In this document: piece by piece, positions 37,259 to 49,336 of the stretch | Numbering within the stretch: the first letter of the stretch is position 1 | Layout of the letters: every line of letters starts with the position of its first letter | From: Octopus vulgaris | Taxonomy: Eukaryota | NCBI GenBank assembly: GCA_951406725.2 | Contig: OX597820.1 | Location: forward strand, 44,826,001-44,890,000 | DNA: 64,000 nucleotides | Reading direction: 5' to 3' | Translations under genes and position numbers: made by a program | Notes under the pieces: generated by a model | What the model was told of the DNA's origin: nothing | Seen by the model: only the letters and a program-made list of their open reading frames with translations | Database searches by the model: none

Positions 37259-40180
37259 CATATTACACAGAGTAATTAGAGGAAAGGAAGTGTTCATGAA
37301 TCTTTTCAAACCTCCAAGATTAGTGGGAAGAAGGGAAAGAGAACTGTACCAAAAGCATCCACAGATCAGCCCTGAATACACTTCTTTAAAGGATTGGCAA
37401 CATGTGGGTTAAAGATCTTTTGTAAAGAATTTTCAGAGTCAAAGTATTTGTGGATCACTGAACAGTTTATAGCTTTTAAATAGTGATTTGTGTCATGATT
37501 TTTATTAACATTTTGCTTATATAATAATTGCCAATGATGGAAATTGTGTCACAGGAATATGGTGGGATATTTTTACAAGTATGATATGATATAGTATAAT
37601 GAGTCATTGCAAATATATAAAAAAGAAAAGCAAAAGTGAGGCATTACAAAAATAAATTGCTGATGTTTGCTCTGCACTAATACAAACCTTCAATGAAATC
37701 AAGGAGAGCGCCTCTACATAGCAGCTTGACCTGCTAGAAATAGATACCGAATTAAATCACATTCTGCCGTCTTAAGACTACATTGTATAATGTAGTCCTA
37801 CATACACTTTGGCTGAATAAAAGGAGAGATGGTTATGGGTAGGCCATTTATTATCATACGTTGGTTCAATCAAGAATGACTTGGTCTTAAGAAGAAAAAA
37901 AAACTTTTGTAATTTTTGCATTACATTAATTTCAAACTTTGGCACAAGATCAAGAATTTCAAGGGGGCGGGGATAAGTTGATTGCATCAACCCCAGTCTT
38001 CAACTGATACTTATTTTATCAACCCTGTAAGGATGAAAGACAAAGTTGACTTCGACTTTGCCTTTCATTGTCACATTACATTGCAATGTGTAATGGGACA
38101 TCAACTTAAAGTCATCTAAAACCACCTCCTTTCCTGGTTACAATCAGTGAAGTCTCAAACCATAGAATGAGTGTTACATAGGTGTGCCATCTGTCAGAAA
38201 CAGCAGTTTGTCATTTTAAAATTACACCCTATAAGTTTTAAAAAACCCCACATTAGATAAGGTAGCCATAGATACATTATATCTAACAAAATATTAAATG
38301 AATAAAGACAGAATGGTTATGGTGGTTGAATTATTTGAAACAGGAGTTGAACAATGAAGAGTCAACTCTGAAAGGTAGACTTCTTTGTTGTTGTGATTGT
38401 GACTAAGCAACAAAAAGGTGAGCCTTTGATGTTTGGCTGTATATTACCTGTGAGACATAGAGATAGAAAGAGAGAGTCAGAGTGGGAGAGAATGTAGTGA
38501 GAGGGTGTGAGAGGAGGAAATAGCTGGAGAAGAGAAGTAGTAAGAGGAAAAGAGATAGTGGGGAAAAGGATATGAGTGAGAGAGTGGGTGAGAAAAAGGG
38601 AGGGAGAAAGATGAGAGAGAGAGAGAGAGAGAAACAAACAAGGTGAGTGTGAAAAAGAAAGAAGGAAGGAAATAAAGTGGATGAGAAAGGGAGGAGGAGA
38701 GGGACTGAGATTAAAATAAACGAGGTCTATGTTTTTGTAAGCTATCCTCATTAATGTGTGTAGTTATGTTTGTCATGTATATCTGGGGACCTCAATGATA
38801 GACTAGTACTGGGCCGTGGAGGATTTGATTGTGAGCCACACACAAATAATAAATCTTAAAATTCTATTTCTATCTTATTAACTATCACAGTCTGCATGCT
38901 GTTTCTGCATTATATATACACATTATATATGTATATTATATGTAATAATTAACATATATTATACACTTTATTTTGTTATATGTGTGACCATTCAGTCAGT
39001 GGGAAAATTGTCATGCATGAATGAAATTAGTCCATGGTTCAAAAAAGTTTGGGGACCAATAATGTTAGCAACTATTTCTCTGATCCCAGGAACCTGTTTA
39101 ACACAACCTTTGATCTTGTTTTGCCCTCCCCAGGTTCTTGGTCTTTTGTCCTCTTATCAACAGAGAAAACTCCACTTTTTGCTGTTATGTATATCACTTA
39201 TTTTTAGCATGATGCCCTATTGTCAACCACCTTATGAAGGGTATATATCTTACGTACCACTGGCACGAGAGAGAATGTTTGCAACATGACCACATTGTCC
39301 CATCCTCTACTTTTCTGTTTTAATTTGGTCTGCTCACCTATTTGAGCTACCTTGCTGCAATTTAAGGCTTTTTTTTTTCTGCTGGCAATGACACTGGGCA
39401 CTGGCCAAACATCAACCATGGTCATAGAAACTACATTTCTTCCTCAAACTAACTAACTTGATTAAGTGATAGATAGACAGAGACAGAGAGGAGAGAAGAG
39501 TTTTATTTACAACACTGTTAAAGAATCAAGCCAATAAAGAGACCTCTAAGTGAACATCAAACCTGTTAGTAATAGCAGCCAAATCTCCTTCAAACTACAC
39601 CTACTATCTTAATAAAAATGAAAGACACATTAGATACTATAGTCTCAGATACTCAATCTTCAACATATATATGTACACGCACACACATATATTTTATTAC
39701 TAAAGCTGCAAAAACAACACAAAAATATCACAATAAACTGCTAATCAGAGTTTCACATTCCTGTTCGTTGGACATTGCAGTTTTAATAATAATAATAAAG
39801 CATATTACTCTACTTCCAGTATTCGAGTACTATTTTTTCCCATCCTGTTTCACATTTATGTGCTTACTTTGGTATGTATGTGCCTCCAATTTGTGCATAA
39901 ATTGTGTTTTACAATTGTATGGATTTTTTTAGTCCAAATATATTGTATTTTAAATTGTAAGAGGGTTAATACCTCTGTATATGATGTTTTTAAAGAACAA
40001 TGTTTTAGAGAAGCAGAGGGTTGGCGGGTCGCTTTCTGTCTTCTATCTTTATCATTTTTGTATCATAATCATTCACCTCATCAATGTCTATGTCCAGCCC
40101 GCAAAGCTATCTTATCTATGTGCTGCCTACATGGCAAATTTAATGAATAAAAACGTATGTATGTATGTGTGTGTGTGTGT

Positions 40181-40212
<32 letters not shown>

Positions 40213-40933
40213 TAGATAGATAATCATTCTTTAATGTCAATGTTCTATGCTGACATGTGTAGGATGGTTTGACCAGAACTGGCAAGTAGGAAGGCTGCAC
40301 CAAGTTCAGCTGACTGTTTTGACAAGGTTTCTACAGCTGAATGCCCTTCCTAACACCAAGCACTTCACAGGGTGTACTGAATGCTTTTTATGTGGCAGCA
40401 AACAGTAGCAGTGAGATCACCAAGTAACTTACAGAACAAAACCCCTCAACTGGTGGGGAGTAGTACTAAGGGAGAGAAAAGGTGTCTTACATTAGAAGAG
40501 AAGCATGGCTATCTCAGATGGAGAGAAAGATGGTAAAGATGTAAGAGGGATGGGGGCAGAGGCAGTATACCCAAGTTACAGAGAGGTGTACAAGGTGTAC
40601 ATAGAGAAGTGGACCTGGGATTGGAGAGGGTGAATGGGTAGGTGAGTTTACAAGATTGCAAAAGGAGAGTGGGAGCTAGAGAGGGTGATGTAATGATGGG
40701 CACTGTTAGAGGGAGGGGTTTTTAGGAGGATATGTTGCAGGGAAGGGATTTAACAGGGGCATATTATGTGCAGGTAGGTTCGTGAGGAAGATGTCTTAAC
40801 AGGGTATCATTCTGCAAGGTAAAGAAAGGCTACAAGAGGGATCAAATTGAGCAGGTATAGAGGTAATTATGCGGATAAACAAATTAGATACATCAAATAT
40901 ATTTAATGCATCTAATTTGTTTATCTGCATAAT

Positions 40934-40963
<30 letters not shown>

Positions 40964-40971
<8 letters not shown>

Positions 40972-41219
40972 GAAATAAGGTACTCAGAAATCTGAATGGT
41001 TTTATATTTACAGATTTTTATTAATATGTCACATGTTTTTATAAATCATATGTTAGCGCTTGCATCTACTCTAGTAGACTCTTCAGATTTGAATGTGTCT
41101 ACTAGAATCTACTAGAGTAGATGCAAGCACTAATATATGATTTATAAAAACATGTGACATAATAAAAATACGTAAATATAAAACCATCCAGATTTCTGAG
41201 TACTTTATTTCTTCTAATA
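40964..41219. mobile_element. Palindromic fold-back element embedded in (TA)n
   Basis: Arms of ~118 bp are nearly perfectly complementary around a ~20-bp spacer; TA arrays on both sides. Confidence 0.85.
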
Positions 41220-41247
41220 TATAATACCTGTACATCACTTCCAAACC

Positions 41248-41311
<64 letters not shown>

Positions 41312-41313
<2 letters not shown>

Positions 41314-41870
41314 GTTCTTTGATTATAGATCTACTCAAGACTATTTAAAATTATATATGGCTGTGGTACAACTACACTTAGAATTTGTATCTCCAGTCAA
41401 GCCTCCCCCCTACCTTGTCCAGAATATTGATCTGCAGGAATCTGTCCTGCGACATGCAACCAGACGAATACTTTTTGTCAGTTACTTGCCAAATCATGAA
41501 CATATTGCTTCTCTGAGCATTGACACACTACAGTTTTGACATTTAGCAGATGACTTGACAGAAGCCCACAAGACTATTCACCATCTTTCCAATACTTCTA
41601 CTACTTGTGGACATGCTTATAAAATCAAAGAAAACAGTGCAGCACCTATGACTTTCAGAAACATTTTTCTCCCATTCAAAATTGTCAAAGCATGGAATAA
41701 ACTACCCGTGTCAGTTATTGGCTGTCAGGACACAGCATCTTTCAAAAATTCCATTTTCTCAAAATCCAACAACACTACTTCTGATGTGTCGATGCACTTT
41801 TTTGTCATTATGATTCTTCTAATATTCAATTCTCTATCTTTTTGTGTTTAATTCTGTGTACTGTGCACCT
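41312..41870 (+). mobile_element. Older CR1-type LINE fragment
   Basis: Peptides YLKLYMAVVQLHLEFVSP...IDLQESVLRHATRRI and FKIVKAWNKLPVSVI; homologous to 32880-33495. Confidence 0.85.
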
Positions 41871-43659
41871 ACTTCAAGCCTTCATTACTGTCTTTCTTTA
41901 CTTTACTTATATACTTTTACTTTTTACTTATTTCAGTCATGTGACTGTGGCCATGCTGGAGCACCGCCTTTAGTCGAGCAAATCGACCCCAGGACTTATT
42001 CTTTGTAAGCCTAGTACTTATTCTATCGGTCTTTTTTGTTGAACCGCTAAGTTACGGGGACGTAAACACACCAGCATCGGTTGTCAAGTGATGTTGGGGG
42101 GACAAATGCAGACACACAAACATATATATATATACATATATATGATGAGCTTCTTTCAGTTTCCGTCTACCAAATCCACTCACAAGGCTTTGGTCGGCCG
42201 TCCCGTCTTTTAACCTTTTCTGATGAATTGTAACACATCTGAGCACTGTATACAATAAGATCATTATCATTATTATTTAAGATGGTAGTGAGTGATTTGA
42301 AGGAAACTTGGCTGTTATTTCTTGCAGGTCAAGTGGCTATGTAGATATACCCTATCAATCAATATAAAAACACAGAGAATGATTAACAAAGAAAGAAATG
42401 TTCTCATGGCTAGCTGTTTGTTAGACACAGTATCTGAATCAAGGACTGAAAATTTAAAAATTAGAACGTGTGAATGAAAAAGCACTGTATTGTCCCAGTA
42501 ACTTATGAAAAGTTACAGGGGAAAAAATAGAATACTCACAATGTATTTATATATTTACACATGCACAAGTATGGCTGTGTGTAAAATAAGAGGAATGATT
42601 AGTTTTTAAGTCTGGATATGTGCCAAATTGTTGGAGCAATTGGGCAGGTATCTTCTACCATAGCCTCAAGGTGACCAATGTCTTGGAAGTGAAATTTGGA
42701 AAATGAAAACTCTGTGTGTGTGTGTGTGTGTGCATATGTGCATGCGTGCATGTGTGTGTATGAGTGCACATACGTAAGTATCTACATTTGTTTATTTTGG
42801 TGTAAATATCTCATCATGTTCATGTCAGTAAAAAACCATTGGCTGCCTTAAAGAGATGTAACTCTGGTAAAATTCAAGAAAGTGAATGTGTCGAAATATG
42901 AACACAATCCAAATGACTGAAACCAGTAGAAGTGTATGCAGGAGCTCAATAGAGTTACCTGTTTGAATATTCATGGTCATGATGTTTATATGTAATTAGA
43001 GGTGATCAGTCTGATTGAACTTTCTCTCGAATTGTGGTTGGCTACATGTGAACTACAGCTTATAAGAGGGTCACTGAGATATTCTCTGTGGGCCTCAAAC
43101 CTTTTCTAAAAAATTTTCTGAAGTAATGTTTTTATGGACAAATGAGCATTTGATGGCTTTTTAGATGGCTTTTTGTATTATAATTTGTTTAATTTTTACT
43201 TACATAAGGACTGCCAGTGATGAAAATAGCACAGGGATACATGGTGATATTTTTCTATGCAAGATATAATATACATCTGGCCCACAAGCAAATGTAAAAA
43301 GATTAGAAGTGGACCATTAAAAAGTGAAGCTGTTGATCTCTGCCAAAAGTTTATTTTTATGGTTTAGTGGCAGATAAAAATATAACATCTATAACCCTTT
43401 GGGAGGCATCAAAACTAGTGAGAGAAAAGAATTTATCTTCTGACAAAAAATCTTACCCAAATGCTTGCAACAGATTGGACCTCACTAAAGACACCTAAGG
43501 ACAAGTCAGTGGCGGTGTTAATACTAGTGACAAATTAAGTCAACCACCCAAGAAAAGTAGTCACTCCAGTAGGTTTCCACACAGTTTCTTTCTACTCAGT
43601 TTTGCTCACAAGACTTGGTGCAATTCAAAGCTACAATAGAAGATACTTGCAAAAGGTGC

Positions 43660-43846
43660 TGTAGCGTATCTGTAAATAAAGTCTTCTTCTCTCTCAAACA
43701 GTAGAATGGTTTGTTGTCCTCATTTATTCCTTTCAGCACTATATTTTATATCATGTATTTGGCTTCTTATTTCGTTAGGGGCAACCGTGCATCGTTCCAA
43801 AGGAGACATTTGTCACCAACTCCTTACGTACGGTCGTATCCCTACA
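43660..43846 (-). mobile_element. Solo LTR (187 bp) inserted in an old family A SINE
   Basis: TGTAG...CTACA termini; flanks GTGC/GTAC (4-bp TSD, one mismatch); AATAAA on the minus strand; the SINE motif AAGGTGC|CA resumes after it. Confidence 0.7.
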
Positions 43847-44563
43847 GTACCATGCATTGAAATCTTACCAAAGACTTAATGATGGCAAACATTTACCAAA
43901 CACTTACCAGTAGATACACACAGTGATATGAGTGCAACTTTGGCTGTGTTATTAAAAAGTTTGCTTTGCAAACACATGGTTCCAAGTTCAATCCCACTAT
44001 ATAGCACTTTGAGCAAGTATTTGCTGCAATATATTTGAGTTAGCTAATGTCATGTGAGTGAAAATAGTAAATTTGTCTCTTGCTCCTTTACAAGATGATA
44101 GAATGTGTGATCTGATGGAGATCTGAATGCTGTTTCCAGCAGATTAGGCAACCACATAGTGACCTCATCATTGACATAGAAAGGTGACATCATATCAGTA
44201 GGTAAGAGTATCAAAATTGTAGACAGAATTTTGTCTTTGGCTTAGTGTAAAATTGGGAGACATATTTGACATTTATCTAGATTGTTTCTCCAATAATTTG
44301 TATTTTTGTGACCTACTAATGTGTCTAGGCGTGTGCGCGCGCGTGTGTGTGTGTGTGTGTGTGAATGTATGTGTTAAAGAGAATGTATGAGAAATAAAGA
44401 CAGAGAGAATGAGAGGCAGCTACATGAGAGAATAAGAGAGAATGAAGGAGAAAGAGAGAGACAGTGCTTGAGAAAAAAAAAATAGTTTGAAAGAGGGGGA
44501 GAGAGATAGAGAGAGAGGTTGTAAAAGAGATAGTGTGAGAAAGAGAGTGTGTGTGCATATGTC

Positions 44564-44623
<60 letters not shown>

Positions 44624-45367
44624 TGTGTGTAAGATAAAGAAAGAGAGAGGGGAATGGATGATAAGAATATCCAGTCCCTCTCACCAACTACAAACACAAA
44701 CTACACCTATTTATTACCAGTATAGTTTAGTTGTTGATATGCATGACAAATTTAGGAGCAAGACAAAACAGTAGATAAAATAGATATTCCAAACCCCACC
44801 CCTGAAAACAACTAAACATAAAACCTGTAATAAAGAAATCTTGCATGCAACGTATTATTAATGCTACTGGCCTCTTTTGCTTTGTTTTGTTTTGTTTCTT
44901 TTGACATGAAGATTTCTGATGGTTTTATAGCTGAGGTTATTATTTAGAGTTTAATAACCACTATTTCAGTCTTTCAGTGAATGTCAGTGTGAGTTAGTGA
45001 TTAAAATATTCATTTTGCCACCATGTGGTTCTAAATTTGAGTCCAATAGACAATACTGTGGGCAAGTGTCTTCTATCATGGCCTTGGATTGACCAATAAC
45101 TTCTGTGTGGAATTTGATAGACGGAAGATGTAAATAAGCTTATCGCTCACACACACACACATCCACACATATATAAATGCTCCTTGTATTTCAAGAGATG
45201 GCTTTGTCCTACGTAACCACAAAACTTTCAATTACAAGGAATTGGGTCAAACTGTTATTTAATAAATAAACATATAAAGAGAGTTGAAGACAAGAAGAGC
45301 ATCTGGCATTAGAAAGTCTGCCTCAATAAATTTCATCCAAAAAGTGGACTATATATACATATATATA

Positions 45368-45688
45368 TCACCGTGACTGACCAGGCTATCAGATGTTGCT
45401 ACACATCACTGGTCACAATGTGCTTCACATTGTTTTAGCCTTCAAATGACGCCACCCCGCTGTGCTAAGTGAGCAGTGCCAACAGAAGAAAGAGTGAGAG
45501 AAAGAGTGTGTGTGTAAGATAAAGAAAGAGAGGGGGAATGGATGATAAGAATATCCAGTCCCTCTCACCAACTACAAACACAAACTACACCTATTTATTA
45601 CGCCCAGTATAGTTTAGTTGTTGATATCGAAACCATGATCCTACGACCGCGAGTCCGCTGCCCTAACCACTGGGCCATTGCGCCTCCA
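45368..45688 (-). mobile_element. tRNA-headed SINE with its centre replaced by local DNA
   Basis: Minus-strand head TGGAGGCGCAATGGCCCAGTGGTTAGGGCAGCGGACTC...GGTTTCGA; 45503-45627 duplicates 44617-44740. Confidence 0.8.
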
Positions 45689-46777
45689 TATACATAAATA
45701 TATATATAAAATCATTTAATGTCTGCTTAATGATGATGATGATTTTCTGTGTGTGTGAGGACACATGGCTTAGTGGTTAGAGTGTTGCCCTCACGATCAC
45801 TAGATAACAGTTTCAATTCTAAAATGTAATAGTTTCTCTTCACCCAAATGATATGCTTTTGCAGTAAATTGCAAAAGATAGTATCACTTGTATGACACTG
45901 TTCTTTGTTTGTACTTAACACATGATGACAAAGCAAGGAGAAAGAAACCCCAAACATCACACAAAATTACATATATGTACACACACACACACACAGATAC
46001 ATGTACCTTTTTTCTACTTCTATATCTAAACATACATACATCTGAATATATATTAGTGTGTATGTGATTATCAACCTCATCATTTTGCTTCTGTATTCAA
46101 TGCTGGCATAAGCTGTATGGTTTGACAGGTCAGAGGACTGTGTCAATCTCCAATGTCTGTTTTGACAGTTTCTCCAGCTAGATGTCTTTCCTAACACCAA
46201 CCACTTAAACAGATTGTACTGGGTGCTTTTCCATGTCACCAGCACTAGTGAGGCTGTCACTTAGCTTACAGGAGAAGACACCCTGATTGAGTAGTGGCAG
46301 GTGTAGTATTGAGAGAGGTTGTTTATACAAGGCATTGAGAAGCAACAGTATGTGTCTTGCTGAAGAGGAGTTATGTGGCTACCCCAGTTAGAAAAGGAGA
46401 GAAACTGATGGGTTATCAGAACATGTCCTCAAGGTACAAGAGGATGAATGTGAGGTGGATGGGGACAGGTGAGGTACATTCATGATAATGTGAGGTGAGT
46501 GACAAATGGCTAGAGGTAGAGGTATAGGTGATGCAGTGAATGGCAAACAGGGTTGGGAGGTGGGAGGGGGGGCACAGTTAATGGTGAATAGCAGTTTAAG
46601 AGAAGATAAAGAAAACAGGAGTGAATTAGGGAGGAGGAGGTGATGGTGGAAACAGCATTGTAATAAAAGCATAGAGATGAGAAATAGAGAGAGGTAATGT
46701 AAAGTGTGGGGTGGGGGAGACGGGTGCTCAGTGACAAAGGCAGAAATCAGAGGTAAAAGTATATACAGATAAAGAGT

Positions 46778-47330
46778 GTGAAGGTGCAAGGCTCACAATC
46801 ATGAGGTAGTGAATTCCATTCCTGGACCAGGCTGTGTGTTAGGTTCTTGAGCAAGACACTTTATTTCACATTGCTCTAGTTTGTTCAGCTGTAGAAATGA
46901 GTTCTAATGTCACGCTGTCTAGGTCTTTGCTTTCCTTTAGATATTTTTTTAATTTCTTTATTGCCCACAGGAGGCTAAATGTAGAGAGCACAAACAAGGA
47001 CAGACAAAGCGATTAAGTCAATTTTATCGACCCCAGTATGTAACTGGTACTTATTTAATCGATCCCGAAAGGATGAAAGGCAAAGTTGACATCGGTGGAA
47101 TTTGAACTCAGAATGTAACAGCAGACGAAATACCGCTAAGCATTTCGCCCAGTGTGCTAACAGTTCTGCCAGCTCGCTGCCTTAGATAACATTGGTAGCA
47201 TGGAAAGGGGAGGCTGGTATCCATAGATGACTGCTAGTCTTCCATAAACAACCTTGTCCAGACTTGTATCCAGAGGGGAACTTTCTATGTGCAATCCCCA
47301 AGGTCATTCATAACCAAAGGGGCTCTTTAC
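46778..47330 (+). mobile_element. Family C SINE with a nested antisense family B SINE (~46944-47183)
   Basis: Family C sequence stops at TTAGATA (46937-46943) and resumes at TTAGATA (47182-47188). Confidence 0.85.
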
Positions 47331-48404
47331 TTCTGCTGAGTAAGGATGGAGGAGGGGGGCGGGGCTCGTTGGCCAATATGAGATGGTGTTCATTAGTGGT
47401 ATGGGATGATATTGAAAAACTAATCCACAAGAGGTCTCATATCCTCAACTTTATAGCTTAAATGGTGAGAGATTCCTTTACATTCAAGCTTCTGTATTTG
47501 AACCTTTCAGAAGAGTAATAAAGAAAAATAAGACAAGGGTGGCTTCAATAAGATTTGAAACCAGGTGAAAAAACTACAAAACTGATTGTGTATCACCCAA
47601 TCTTACTAGCAATATTACTAAGGTACTCTGCATTCTTATATATCTAAGCTACATTTTATATTATATTACCAGAACCTCGGGGCAAGTCTGATCAGTTATC
47701 TAAATATCAAATGAATTCTAGTTGAGACCATTTGGTCTTTCCTTCTTTCCTTTGTACTTTCTTCATTTTTTTTAGATTGTATGTCTAGGAGTATATTATC
47801 CAATGTCTCCTTTCTTTAAGACAGTAGAATGTAATTTGAAGGAGATATGAGGTGATATTTCTAGCAAGTCAAGCTGCTATGTAATGGTTGATTTTGTAGT
47901 TGGCACATGCTCAGTGTTGGCATGTGATTCTTTAGTAACAAAATATTACTTGGCTATTATGATAATTCATTATTGATTCCAGCCCTTAATGCTTGTAACG
48001 ACTAACTCATTTGTATTAAAGATGAATAATTTATTTGCCATCTGTGTGAAAAACAACATGTATGTTTGTGCTAACATGTTTAATGTATGGGTTATTAAAA
48101 AGCTAATTAGAAATAATTATGCAGTGAGAAAAAAAAACCCCAAAAAACAAAAGTTAGACAACAACCAATAATATCTCTTCCATTTTCCAACTTAAGCAAG
48201 TATCTTCTGTCATAGCTCCAGATTGACCAATATTTTAAGAGTGGACAGAAATTTTTCAGAAGTCCATTATGCGTGTGTACTTGCTTGAGTGTTGTGTGTG
48301 TGTGTGTGTGTGTGCGTGTGAGAGAGAGAGAGAGTGTCACAGTTCTCCAACTAGTTGGATCTTGTCAAACTGTCTAATGCATAAACTAGCATTAGAATCA
48401 TACA

Positions 48405-48435
<31 letters not shown>

Positions 48436-48702
48436 ATGTGTGTGAATTTCTGTGTTTGTTTTAATAGTTATACTTACCTGTGTAAACCAATGTTGCCACC
48501 CTTTTAAACAAAGGTTAATTACCCATTCAATAAACCAGAGATTGTTAAAACAAGTAGGTACAATACTGAAATTATGTACAAGAGGTTTATTATGATTGAC
48601 TCTAAATATCCTTGAAGGTGATACTTCAGTATGGCTACAATCCAATGAGTGAAGCCAGTAAAAGAATAAAAGTGAGAGAGACAACTCCAAAATTATTTTT
48701 GC

Positions 48703-48737
<35 letters not shown>

Positions 48738-48741
<4 letters not shown>

Positions 48742-48915
48742 TCAGTGGCAAGAGAAGAAGAGGCCGACCAAGAACCCGCTGGCTTGACACCATCAAGAGT
48801 GACACGGGAATGGCCATAGCCAATCTGAAAGAAGCGATCCAGGATAGAACTGGCTGGAGAACACTGATCCATCGAATAACCAAGAGTCGACTTTGACTGA
48901 ACGGATATCACATCA
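48738..48915 (+). mobile_element. RTE-clade LINE extreme 3' fragment
   Basis: VSGKRRRGRPRTRWLDTIKSDTG...LKEAIQDRTGWRTLIHRITKSR matches the RTE/BovB ORF C-terminus (G.RRRGR...RW.D.I...DR..WR..H...KSR). Confidence 0.9.
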
Positions 48916-48959
48916 TATATACATACGCACTAATACTCTCTCATACACACACACACACT

Positions 48960-49289
48960 TATGTTGGAGTGAGGTCATTCAACCCTATTATCTCCCCTAA
49001 TTTCGCTCTTGTGTCTCATGTTTGATCTTTGACTTCTGGCCGAAATCAGATCGCCATGTTGATTCGCTAGCTTCTGCACGCATATTTTTTTCTCTCCTTC
49101 TTTCTCTGTTTTTTCTCTGTGTATCTTTCTGTTGAAGAGCGTAGGCTCGAAACGTTAAAGACTTGTTTTATTTATATTTCCTGAGCGCCATACTAATACA
49201 ATTGTTTGTTTGTATTCCACCTGCCTTCGTCTTTTGTTTATTTCCGTAAACCTGCCTTCGTCTTTTGTCTATATTCATAAAGCTTCCCG

Positions 49290-49290
<1 letters not shown>
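48960..49290 (+). mobile_element. Penelope-type terminal repeat fragment with a hammerhead-like motif
   Basis: TCTTTCTGTTGAAGAGCGTAGGCTCGAAACGTTAAAGA at 49124-49161; bounded by CA and TA microsatellites. The family assignment is inferred from the motif. Confidence 0.55.
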
Positions 49291-49336
<46 letters not shown>

